This document shows, one piece after another, positions 1-8,740 of a stretch of 64,000 bases of DNA. A program made the position numbers and the translations under genes. How positions within the stretch are numbered: the stretch's first letter is position 1; the number at the start of each line of letters is the position of its first letter. Location: assembly GCA_030524555.1 (NCBI GenBank), contig JAUNGK010000002.1, forward strand, positions 3,909 to 67,908, written 5' to 3'. The stretch is from Bacillota bacterium. Its GTDB lineage: Bacteria > Bacillota > Clostridia > Lachnospirales > Lachnospiraceae. The notes beneath the pieces were generated by a model, which ran no database searches, was not told the DNA's origin, and saw only the letters and a list, made by a program, of their open reading frames with translations.

Positions 1-698
1 TGCCGTACCTCGAATTTGTATCCGATGCCCCAGATGGTAGCTATTTTCCAGTTGGCATGATCACTGATCTTTTCGCGGATACGTTTGATATGTACGTCAA
101 CGGTTCTGGTGTCTCCTATATATTCATAGCCCCAGATTTGATCAAGGAGCTGCTCTCTGGTAAACACATGATTAGGTGAGGAGGCGAGGAAGTATAAAAG
201 TTCCAGCTCCTTGGGAGGCATCTCTATGGTTCTGCCCATATACACAACGGAATAATTGGTCTGGTTGATAACCAGATCAGGATATTCCACGCACTTAATG
301 TCGGAGTCCTCCGTCGTGGAAGCGGCGGGTTTATATCTGCGCAGCACTGCCTTTACGCGGGCGACCAGTTCCTTGGAGTCAAAAGGCTTTTCCATATAGT
401 CGTCTGCGCCTAACTCTAATCCCAGTACCTTATCAAATATTTCACCCTTGGCAGAAAGCATGATAATAGGAGTAGAGGATTTGGCGCGAATTTCACGGCA
501 TACCTGATATCCGTCTATGCCCGGAAGCATTAGATCAAGAAGAATTAGATTGGGGGAAAAGGAATCCGCAAGAAGAAGTGCGGTTTCTCCGTCTCCTGCA
601 ATCATAGTCTCAAAGCATTCCTTGGTAAGATAAAGAGAAATCAGTTCTGCAATATTGCTGTCATCATCCACGATCAGAATTTTCTGTTTATTTGCCAT
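1..698 (-). CDS. OmpR/PhoB-family two-component response regulator (3' end cut by window edge)
   Basis: Manual minus-strand translation from ATG at 696-698 gives MANKQKILIVDDDSNIAELISLYL... (receiver domain) and runs to ...TRTVDVHIKRIREKI...IWGIGYKFEV (winged-helix end). It is absent from the ORF track because no stop lies inside the window. Confidence 0.85.
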   Translation of the reverse strand, partial: MANKQKILIVDDDSNIAELISLYLTKECFETMIAGDGETALLLADSFSPNLILLDLMLPGIDGYQVCREIRAKSSTPIIMLSAKGEIFDKVLGLELGADDYMEKPFDSKELVARVKAVLRRYKPAASTTEDSDIKCVEYPDLVINQTNYSVVYMGRTIEMPPKELELLYFLASSPNHVFTREQLLDQIWGYEYIGDTRTVDVHIKRIREKISDHANWKIATIWGIGYKFEVR

Positions 699-734
699 AT
701 ATTAGTCTCCTTTTCGGCTGTTAAAAGCTGCGGA

Positions 735-3122
735 TTATTCTTTAAAAGTTACAATTGTGACACCTGCGTCACCCTCTCCGTATTCACCCAGACGGAAGGA
801 TTTTACATATTTCACTCGTTTTAAGTGGCTTTGGACAGCGCTCCTAAGCGCACCGGTTCCTTTGCCGTGTACTATGCGGACGGTGGTGAGGTGAGCGAGA
901 TAGGCATCATCCAGATATTTATCCAGTTCGGAAATGGCCTCATCTACTGTTTTTCCAAGAAGATTAATCTCGGGAGAAACGCTGAAGGATTTGGACATTT
1001 TTATTTTGCCTGTACCTGTGCTTTTCCTTTGAAGAGGAGAAGGGGCGGGAGCAGTATTTTCCGAGGCATATACCAGATCCTTAACATTAGCCTGTGAGCG
1101 CATGATGCCGCACTGTATAAACAGATTACCTTTGTGGTCGGGAAGAGAGCTGACGGTGCCCTGCAGTCCCATGGAAAGAATTTTTACGTTATCTCCGATC
1201 TTTAGCTGGTCAGGATTAGGTCTCTTACCGCCGGATGGCTCCTTAGTCTTAATTGCAAGCTTTTCATTCTTTTGACCGATTTCTCCGCGAAGACGGTCTC
1301 TGGTTTTTTCCAGTTCCTTTAAGGAGGCGCCGGGGCCGGCTTTTTGGTATACCCGGATTGTCTCATCTGCAAAATCCTTGGCGTTTTGCAGAATTTCCCT
1401 TGCCTGCTCATTGGCTTCCCGTAAAATGCGGTCCTTTGCAAGATCAATTTTTTCATTCTTGGCCTGAAGGCGTTCCTTCAGAGTTTTGATTTCCTCCTTG
1501 TAGGATGCAATTTCCAAACGCTCCTTTTCAATGGTAATACGGCTCTGCTCCAAATCGGTAAGCAGATCCTCGAAGCTTTTATCTTCTGTAGTAATCTGCT
1601 CCCTGGCGGCATCAATGATGTAATCGGGAAGCCCCAGCTTGGAGGAGATTGCAAAGGCATTACTCTTTCCGGGAATGCCGATTAAAAGCCGGTAGGTGGG
1701 AGCAAGGGTTTCCACGTTAAATTCACAGCAGGCATTCTCCACAAAGTCAGTAGAAAGCGCATATACCTTTAGTTCGCTGTAATGGGTGGTGGCCATGGTT
1801 CGAATGCCCCGGGTGTGCAGATGATCCAAAATTGCAATGGCAAGCGCAGCTCCCTCGGTAGGATCAGTACCGGCTCCCAATTCGTCAAAAAGACATAGGG
1901 AATCCTGATCTGCCTTTTGCAGAATGGATACGATGCTGGTCATATGGGAAGAAAAGGTACTGAGACTCTGCTCAATACTCTGTTCATCCCCAATATCTGC
2001 AAATACCTCCGTAAAAATGGAAAGCTCCGAGCGGTCCAGTGCAGGAATATGCAGGCCTGCCTGCCCCATCAGGGTAAACAGCCCCACGGTCTTTAAGGAA
2101 ACAGTCTTGCCGCCTGTATTAGGGCCGGTGACTACTAAAAGGTCAAACTCCTTCCCAAGGTGAATATCAATGGGAACCACCTTCTTAGCAGGCAGCAAAG
2201 GATGACGGCCCTTTCTGATGTTAATAATATGATCCCTGTTAAACAGGGGCATGGTTGCATTTTGATCCATAGCAAGCAAAGCCTTGGCAAAGGTAAAATC
2301 AAGAAAGGTCATAACCTTCTGATTTTCGGAAATTTCACTGATATGTTCAGCGGCCTGCAGACTTAAATCGGCAAGCACAGCTTCAATTTCTTCCTTTTCT
2401 TTAATAGCAAGCTCTTTCAGCTGGTTGTTTAAATTGACAATGGCAGCCGGCTCTATGAAAAAGGTGGAGCCGGTGGAGGACTGGTCGTGAACCATACCGG
2501 GAACATAGCTTTTGTATTCAGCCTTGACGGGAATACAATAGCGGTTATCTCTCATAGTAATAACTGCATCCTGAAGGTAGCTTCTGTAGGAACCGTTAAC
2601 CATGGAAGTAAGCTGGGAATGAATCCGGTCACCGGTAAGAACCATGGAGCGGCGTACATGCTTCAGCCCCGGACTGGCATCATCGGCAATTTCCTCCTCT
2701 GAAAGGATGCAGCGGTTGATCTCGTTGGCAAGGGGCGTCAGCGGTTCCAGAGAATCAAAGTATTCTGTGAGGGAAGTAGCCTTCTCGTCATCCCTTTGGG
2801 AGCGCCCGTAGCTCTTAATTCTGTTTACATTGTCAAGAAGAGAAGCAATCCTTAAAAGCTCGGTGGCGGATAAGGTGCTGCCGATTTCCAGAGAGCGGAG
2901 TGAGGTAGAAATTTCCTTATTTCCGCCAAAGGAGGTAGAGCCCTTTGCAAACAGCATGGAAAGAGCGTCCGAGGTCTGTGTCTGGGCCAGTGCAATAGCC
3001 TCCTGATCCGTCATGGGAACAAGCTCCCGGCACAGCTTCCTGCCGGGCTCTGAGGAGGCCTTGTCGGTGAGTAATTCGATTATTTTGTTATATTCTAAGG
3101 TTTGTAAAACTTTTGCATTCAT
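735..3122 (-). CDS. mutS2: Endonuclease MutS2
   Basis: 795-aa ORF with MutS ATPase motifs GPNTGGKT and DELGAGTDP. A long coiled-coil linker leads to a C-terminal Smr domain (VRIVHGKGTGALR). Confidence 0.95.
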   Translation of the reverse strand: MNAKVLQTLEYNKIIELLTDKASSEPGRKLCRELVPMTDQEAIALAQTQTSDALSMLFAKGSTSFGGNKEISTSLRSLEIGSTLSATELLRIASLLDNVNRIKSYGRSQRDDEKATSLTEYFDSLEPLTPLANEINRCILSEEEIADDASPGLKHVRRSMVLTGDRIHSQLTSMVNGSYRSYLQDAVITMRDNRYCIPVKAEYKSYVPGMVHDQSSTGSTFFIEPAAIVNLNNQLKELAIKEKEEIEAVLADLSLQAAEHISEISENQKVMTFLDFTFAKALLAMDQNATMPLFNRDHIINIRKGRHPLLPAKKVVPIDIHLGKEFDLLVVTGPNTGGKTVSLKTVGLFTLMGQAGLHIPALDRSELSIFTEVFADIGDEQSIEQSLSTFSSHMTSIVSILQKADQDSLCLFDELGAGTDPTEGAALAIAILDHLHTRGIRTMATTHYSELKVYALSTDFVENACCEFNVETLAPTYRLLIGIPGKSNAFAISSKLGLPDYIIDAAREQITTEDKSFEDLLTDLEQSRITIEKERLEIASYKEEIKTLKERLQAKNEKIDLAKDRILREANEQAREILQNAKDFADETIRVYQKAGPGASLKELEKTRDRLRGEIGQKNEKLAIKTKEPSGGKRPNPDQLKIGDNVKILSMGLQGTVSSLPDHKGNLFIQCGIMRSQANVKDLVYASENTAPAPSPLQRKSTGTGKIKMSKSFSVSPEINLLGKTVDEAISELDKYLDDAYLAHLTTVRIVHGKGTGALRSAVQSHLKRVKYVKSFRLGEYGEGDAGVTIVTFKE

Positions 3123-3268
3123 TGTTTGTACCGTTTCTTTTAATTAATTGAATTGTTGATTGGATATTATTGTTTCCATATGCAGTACACAAAAACGCAG
3201 GCATTTTGCGTTTGCGCATAGTATACCATATTTCCCTTGTAAAAACTACTGGAAAACTACCGGGGAAG

Positions 3269-3297
3269 TTGCATTCCTTATCCGGTTTTGCTAAAAT
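3269..3297 (+). promoter_or_regulatory. Sigma-A-type promoter candidate (TTGCAT-17 nt-TAAAAT)
   Basis: -35 TTGCAT at 3269-3274 and -10 TAAAAT at 3292-3297, about 30 nt upstream of the 3328 start. Confidence 0.4.
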
Positions 3298-3327
3298 TGT
3301 AATAAAATTGCAGGAAAGGAAAATGAC

Positions 3328-4731
3328 GTGACAGCTTTCATGGAAAAACATCGCAGAAAAATTTTCTGGTTTATTATTGCGGCAGCGTTTGTAAGTATAT
3401 TTGCATATAATTTTTTAACCTTATACATGTCAGATGACTATTTCTATTTAATTGAGGTGCAAAAGGCAGAGAACCTGTTTGACCTGGTTAAACAGCAGTA
3501 CGGGGAATATTTGTCCAACAGCGGACGGGTGATCGGCCAGTTTAATGTGCGGCTGTCCCTTGTGTTCGACAAGCAGGTTTTTAATGTGGTAAACAGTCTG
3601 ATGTTTACCGGACTTGTGCTTTTAATGTATGCTAATATCCGGCGGAAAAGGAAGCATGATATTTTGGTGCTGCTCCTTATCATCACCTTCCTGTGGAAAT
3701 ATGCGGTTGATTTCGGGCAGACTATGCTATGGATCTGCGGGGCATGCAATTACCTGTGGGGCAGCGTAATTATTTTGGGATTTGTAACCTTTTTCAGGCA
3801 TCTTCTGGACAAGGCAGAGAATTTGAAGCACCCTGTCTGGTGCTGCACAGGTACGTTCTTATTTGCGATTGCGGCAGGCTGGTGCAATGAAAATACCTCG
3901 GGGGGAGCTCTTTTGCTGGTTCTTTTGTTTGGACTGAATTTCTGGTGGGACAGAAGAAAGGAAGGAAAGAAGGCTCTTTATCCCTTTATGATTGCGGCAG
4001 TTTTTGGAATGTGCTGCGGTTTTCTCGGAATGATTTCGGCGCCGGGCGTACGCAACAGAAGTCAGGTTAAGTCAGAGGGAGAGTATACAGGTCTGGTAGG
4101 GCTGCTTTCCAGAATATATAAGATTTCCATGTCCGTTAAAGAGCTGTTTTTCACGGTGCTGGTGATAATAGTTATTGTCCTTGTGATATTGGCGCTGCAA
4201 AAAAGGTTTTCCGCATGGAAGCAGATACGGAGCAATGAGACGGTTTTGTTTTTACTTTCAGCGATTGCCACCTGCTATGCACTGGCATTGGCGCCGACTC
4301 CCATGAACAGAGCCTTTTTTGGAGCAGGGATTTTCCTCTTTATTGCATGTATTCAGGGAATTGTGGATGCGTCGGAGGAGGAAATGACAATCCGGGCGGC
4401 CAAATACGGCCTGGTGAGTGTGCTTTGCCTGTGGTTTTGTTTTAATTATCTGGAAAATCTGGTTAATCTGGCGAGGATATACCGGGAAGAAAATGCAAGA
4501 ATTGAAATGATTAGGGCGGACAAGGCTGATATTAACGGAGACGGAATTGTGGTGGTTCCGAAGCTTCGGGAGGAATTTGAAAACCCTTACAGCTATGCTT
4601 ATGCATCAGAGCTTGAGGATGACAAGGATTATTGGATCAATATCTTTTATGAGATTTATTATGACGTAGGCAATATTACCGCCATTCCCAGAGACGAGTG
4701 GGATGAGCTTTACGGGGAAGAGCAGGAATAG
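3328..4731 (+). CDS. Polytopic membrane protein, possibly a GT-C-like glycosyltransferase or a transporter
   Basis: 467-aa ORF with about 10-11 hydrophobic helices. There is an acidic DD motif directly after TM1 (LYMSDDYFY) and a soluble C-terminal tail of about 90 aa. The start is GTG 3328 (RBS AGGAAAGGA) or ATG 3340. Confidence 0.7.
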   Translation: MTAFMEKHRRKIFWFIIAAAFVSIFAYNFLTLYMSDDYFYLIEVQKAENLFDLVKQQYGEYLSNSGRVIGQFNVRLSLVFDKQVFNVVNSLMFTGLVLLMYANIRRKRKHDILVLLLIITFLWKYAVDFGQTMLWICGACNYLWGSVIILGFVTFFRHLLDKAENLKHPVWCCTGTFLFAIAAGWCNENTSGGALLLVLLFGLNFWWDRRKEGKKALYPFMIAAVFGMCCGFLGMISAPGVRNRSQVKSEGEYTGLVGLLSRIYKISMSVKELFFTVLVIIVIVLVILALQKRFSAWKQIRSNETVLFLLSAIATCYALALAPTPMNRAFFGAGIFLFIACIQGIVDASEEEMTIRAAKYGLVSVLCLWFCFNYLENLVNLARIYREENARIEMIRADKADINGDGIVVVPKLREEFENPYSYAYASELEDDKDYWINIFYEIYYDVGNITAIPRDEWDELYGEEQE

Positions 4732-4733
4732 CT

Positions 4734-5651
4734 ATGAGTTTTCAAGGAATCAGCGTAAACCCCTGTAATCTCTGCCCCAGAGAATGTATGGTGCGGCGGG
4801 AAGAGGGACAGAAGGGCTACTGCCTGATGGGAAAAGAGATTTTGGTGGCAAGGGCTGCCCTGCATATGTGGGAGGAGTCTTGTATTTCCGGGGAAAAGGG
4901 ATCCGGCACAGTCTTTTTTACAGGATGTAATCTTCGCTGTGTCTACTGTCAGAATTATGAGATTGCCGCCGGTAAAAGAGGAAAGGCGGTGACAGTTCCA
5001 AGGCTTGCTGAAATTTTTCTAAAGCTTCAGGACAAGGGTGCGGCCAATATCAATCTGGTAACGCCGGATCATTATGTGACGGCGGCAGCGGAGGCGGTGA
5101 TGCTGGCAAAGAAAAAGGGACTTTATATTCCTGTTGTCTATAACGGGAGCGGCTATGAAAAGAGTCAGGTTATCAGGGAGCTTGACGGGATTGTGGATAT
5201 CTTTCTCACAGACTTTAAATATATGGACGAAGCGCTGGGAAAGAGGTATTCCGCCGCAGAAAATTACCCCAGTGTGGCAAAGGTGGCTCTTGAAGAGATG
5301 GTAAGGATTACAGGGGAGCCGGTATTTGATGAGCAGGGAATGATGAAGCGGGGCGTGATTGTGCGCCATCTTCTGCTTCCGGGACATAAGAAAAATGCCA
5401 AAGCGGTAATTAAATATGTATATGAAACCTATGGAAACAAGGTGTTTTTAAGTATTATGAACCAATATACGCCCTTTGAAAGGCTGAAGGAGAATCCGGA
5501 TTACAGAGGGCTGTGCCGGAGGGTTACCAAGAGGGAGTATAGAGACGTAATCAATTATGCTCTTGAAATAGGGGTGGAAAATGCCTTTATTCAGGAGGGC
5601 GAAACTGCCATGGAAAGCTTTATACCGGAGTTTGACGGAGAAGGTGTTTAG
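4734..5651 (+). CDS. Radical SAM protein, PflX-type (pyruvate formate-lyase activase-like)
   Basis: 305 aa with the CX3CX2C motif CNLRCVYCQN, plus an N-terminal Cys-rich stretch CNLCPRECMV. The start lies 2 nt after the upstream stop, suggesting translational coupling. Confidence 0.85.
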   Translation: MSFQGISVNPCNLCPRECMVRREEGQKGYCLMGKEILVARAALHMWEESCISGEKGSGTVFFTGCNLRCVYCQNYEIAAGKRGKAVTVPRLAEIFLKLQDKGAANINLVTPDHYVTAAAEAVMLAKKKGLYIPVVYNGSGYEKSQVIRELDGIVDIFLTDFKYMDEALGKRYSAAENYPSVAKVALEEMVRITGEPVFDEQGMMKRGVIVRHLLLPGHKKNAKAVIKYVYETYGNKVFLSIMNQYTPFERLKENPDYRGLCRRVTKREYRDVINYALEIGVENAFIQEGETAMESFIPEFDGEGV

Positions 5652-5666
5652 TTTTAGTCAGAAAGG

Positions 5667-7718
5667 ATGAGACATATGTGGATAGAAGGTAATTACAGAA
5701 GAAATCTTTTGGATATGCATATCGATGACTGGAACCCGGAATTTCTGTCCAAGGTAAACGTGGACGAGTATGTGGAGGCGCTTAAGGATGCAGGCGTTCA
5801 GGCTGCTATGGTGAAGGGAAAGCCCCATACGGGTCTGTGCTATTATCCTACTAAGGTAGGAAGAATGCACAGAGGGCTTAAGGGCTATGATTACTTTGGA
5901 GAAATGATTAAGAAATGTCATGAAAATGGCATTGCTGTCATCGCGTATTTTACGCAGATATTTGATAACTGGGCCTATGAGGAGCATCCCTCCTGGCGAG
6001 TGGTTACCGCAGAAGGGAAAAATATGCGGGAGTATCGTCATGGTACGGATTTTAAGACTGGCCGCTATGGAATCGTCTGTCCCAACAATCAGGAGTACCG
6101 GGAATATGTGAGGGCGTGTCTCACAGAGATGAATACCATGTATGATTTTGAAGGCATGTTTCTGGATATGACCTTTTTCCCGGAGGTATGCTACTGTGAC
6201 AGCTGCCGGGAACGCTACAAGAAGGAAACGGGAAGAGAGCTTCCCAGAAGAGTGGACTGGTCGGATCAAAACTGGCTTGATTATGTATATAGAAGAGATG
6301 AGTGGATTGCCGATTATGCGAAATTTGCTACCGGCTGTGTGAAAGCGGTGAAGCCGGAGGTGACGGTAGAGCATCAGTTTTCCAGAATTACGGGAAGCTG
6401 GATAGACGGAAGCTCGGAAATGCTTACGGAGGCGGTGGATTATTGCGGCGGAGATTATTACGGGGGCTTTCTGCAGCAGACCTTTATCAACAAATATTAT
6501 AAGAATGTATCTCCTAATCTGCCCTTTGTGTATCATACCTCCAGATGTGATCCCGAGCTTTGCTATCACACCACCACCAAGACGGAGGAGGAGCTGCTTT
6601 TACATGCGGTTACGGCACTGATTCATAACGGTGCGTTTCTGCTGGTGGATGCAATTAATCCAGATGGAACCATTGTTCCTGAGGTATATCACGGGCTGAT
6701 GAAAAAGGTATTTGAAAAGACCCGGCCCTATGAAAAGTATATCAGCGGTAACTTACATCACAATGCGGCTGTCTGGTTTGCTTCTCACGCCAAGTATGAT
6801 CCCGGTGAGAAAAGCTGTGAGATCATGGATAAAAAATTCTGGCCCGGATACTATATGGAAGCGCCGGTGGCAGCAGCATCTATTCTTCGTGAGAACAATG
6901 TGACATTTGAGGTAATCGGTACTAAGAACATTAAGAATGAGAAAGCAGATGTGATGATCTTATCCCATGTAGCGGCAATCCGTGATGAGGAAATGGATGA
7001 AATTGAAGGCTACTTGGAAAGGGGAGGCAGTCTATATATAAGTGGTCCGGTAGGGCATGAAAGGCTTCAAAAGCTTTTGGGATTTGAGATTACCGGCAGA
7101 ACGGAGCATGAATTTACCTACATGAGTCCTACAAAAGCAGGGAAGGATATTTTGCAGGGCTTTGACAAGCTTACGCCTCTTACGGTTCCCATGGCGCAGG
7201 TGAAGGCCCGTATTGTGGATGAGCAGGGAATAACTGTGCTTGCAACACAAACCCTGCCTTATACGCTTACCGATACGCAGGACTTTGCGGCAATTCACTC
7301 TAATCCTCCCGGTATTTACACGGATGAGCCCTGTATGATTTTGAAGGATACGGTAAAGGGCAGGATTATCTGGTCGGCGGCGCCTGTTGAGATGTCCAGA
7401 CCTTATATGAGCCGTCAGGTGTTCCTGCGGATGATACAGGCGTTGATAAAGGAGCCTGCATTGGTTTCTAATGCCCCCAAATTTGTGGAAATACTTGCCT
7501 GGGAAAAGGACGGAAAGGAATATCTTGCGGCAATCAATGAACAGGAGGAGTCGCCTATTGCACCTATGTATGACATCTATATTGACGTGAAGGATCGGGG
7601 GCAGAAAGCATATTTGCTGCCGGGCCGGGCAAAGCTTAGGACGGAGCTTCATGACGGAGGAATGCTGCGGATATATTTGCCGAAGCTTGAAATATTCCAG
7701 ATGATTGAGCTGTCATAA
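5667..7718 (+). CDS. GHL6 / GH42-like putative glycoside hydrolase with a beta-galactosidase-trimerisation-like C-terminal domain
   Basis: 683-aa ORF with no signal peptide. The N-terminal TIM-barrel-like region (KPHTGLCYYPT..., ENGIAVIAYF) and the Cys cluster CYCDSC are as in GH42/GHL6 families. ATG 5676 is better spaced from the RBS GAAAGGA than ATG 5667. Confidence 0.6.
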   Translation: MRHMWIEGNYRRNLLDMHIDDWNPEFLSKVNVDEYVEALKDAGVQAAMVKGKPHTGLCYYPTKVGRMHRGLKGYDYFGEMIKKCHENGIAVIAYFTQIFDNWAYEEHPSWRVVTAEGKNMREYRHGTDFKTGRYGIVCPNNQEYREYVRACLTEMNTMYDFEGMFLDMTFFPEVCYCDSCRERYKKETGRELPRRVDWSDQNWLDYVYRRDEWIADYAKFATGCVKAVKPEVTVEHQFSRITGSWIDGSSEMLTEAVDYCGGDYYGGFLQQTFINKYYKNVSPNLPFVYHTSRCDPELCYHTTTKTEEELLLHAVTALIHNGAFLLVDAINPDGTIVPEVYHGLMKKVFEKTRPYEKYISGNLHHNAAVWFASHAKYDPGEKSCEIMDKKFWPGYYMEAPVAAASILRENNVTFEVIGTKNIKNEKADVMILSHVAAIRDEEMDEIEGYLERGGSLYISGPVGHERLQKLLGFEITGRTEHEFTYMSPTKAGKDILQGFDKLTPLTVPMAQVKARIVDEQGITVLATQTLPYTLTDTQDFAAIHSNPPGIYTDEPCMILKDTVKGRIIWSAAPVEMSRPYMSRQVFLRMIQALIKEPALVSNAPKFVEILAWEKDGKEYLAAINEQEESPIAPMYDIYIDVKDRGQKAYLLPGRAKLRTELHDGGMLRIYLPKLEIFQMIELS

Positions 7719-7794
7719 CAGCCGGAGAGAAAAAGGATAACTATGCAGAAGGAAAGAGCGTTATCAGGTTAAGCGAAAGGTGAGGATAGAAAGC

Positions 7795-8697
7795 ATGAAA
7801 TATGGAATTTATTTTGCTTATTGGGAAAAGGAATGGAATGCGGACCAGAAGAAGTATATTTCCAAAGTAAAGGATTTGGGATTTGATATTTTGGAAATCT
7901 CCTGTGCTATGCTGAAGAATATTTCCAGGGAAGAGCTTTTGGAAATGAAAAGGATGGCCCAGGATGCAGGAGTAATCTTGACAGCAGGATACGGCCCCGG
8001 AGCAGATGAAAATCTGGCAAGTGCGGATGAGGCGGTGACTAAAAATGCCATAGCTTTTTTCACGGATATTTTGAAAAAGCTTGAGATTTTGGATATTCAT
8101 ACTCTGGGAGGCGGGATCTACTCTTACTGGCCGGTGGATTACAGTAAGCCTATTGATAAGGCGGGAGACTGGGAGCGCAGCGTAAAGAATGTAAGAACTG
8201 TAGGCAGGATTGCCGGAGAGTGCGGCGTGGACTACTGTCTGGAGGTATTAAACCGGTTCGAGGGATATCTGCTTAACACCTGTGAGGAGTGCAGGCGTTT
8301 CGTGGAGCAGGTGGATGTACCCGCGGTGAAGATCATGCTGGATACCTTTCATATGAATATCGAGGAAGACAGTATGGTGGAGGCTATTTTGCTTGCGGGG
8401 GATAAGCTGGGACATTTTCACGTAGGGGAAAACAACAGACGTCTTCCGGGAAAGGGAGGAATGCCCTGGTATGAGATCGGAAGTGCCCTGCGCACCATTG
8501 GTTATGATAAAAATGTGGTTATGGAGCCCTTTGTGAGAAGCGGCGGCGGTGTGGGAAGCGATATTAAGATATGGCGGGATTTAAGCAAAGGAGCAACCGA
8601 GGAAATGCTGGATGAGGATGCTGCCGGAGCAGTGGCATACCTTCGAAATGTATTTGCAGGCCCTAATTCCGATTATACAAGCGTTCTTAGAAAGTAG
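7795..8697 (+). CDS. Ketose 3-epimerase (D-psicose/D-tagatose 3-epimerase family)
   Basis: The N-terminus MKYGIYFAYWEKEW is typical of DPEase. The metal and catalytic positions are recognisable: LEVLNRFE, MLDTFHMNIEE, GHFHVGENNR, VVMEPF. I chose ATG 7795 with RBS AAGGTGAGGA; the track GTG 7780 is probably an over-extension. Confidence 0.85.
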   Translation: MKYGIYFAYWEKEWNADQKKYISKVKDLGFDILEISCAMLKNISREELLEMKRMAQDAGVILTAGYGPGADENLASADEAVTKNAIAFFTDILKKLEILDIHTLGGGIYSYWPVDYSKPIDKAGDWERSVKNVRTVGRIAGECGVDYCLEVLNRFEGYLLNTCEECRRFVEQVDVPAVKIMLDTFHMNIEEDSMVEAILLAGDKLGHFHVGENNRRLPGKGGMPWYEIGSALRTIGYDKNVVMEPFVRSGGGVGSDIKIWRDLSKGATEEMLDEDAAGAVAYLRNVFAGPNSDYTSVLRK

Positions 8698-8740
8698 AAA
8701 TGAGGTAAGCTTACAGTTACAGAAAGGCAGATGAGAGAAG

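Noticed and set aside
5658-6569. 303-aa ORF antisense to the GHL6-like gene
   Set aside because: It is entirely embedded opposite a well-supported CDS and has no RBS. Its composition is odd (rich in I/L/S/R/H/C, for example HRLRKHFRASVYPASRNSGK). This is the typical stop-poor antisense frame of a coding region.
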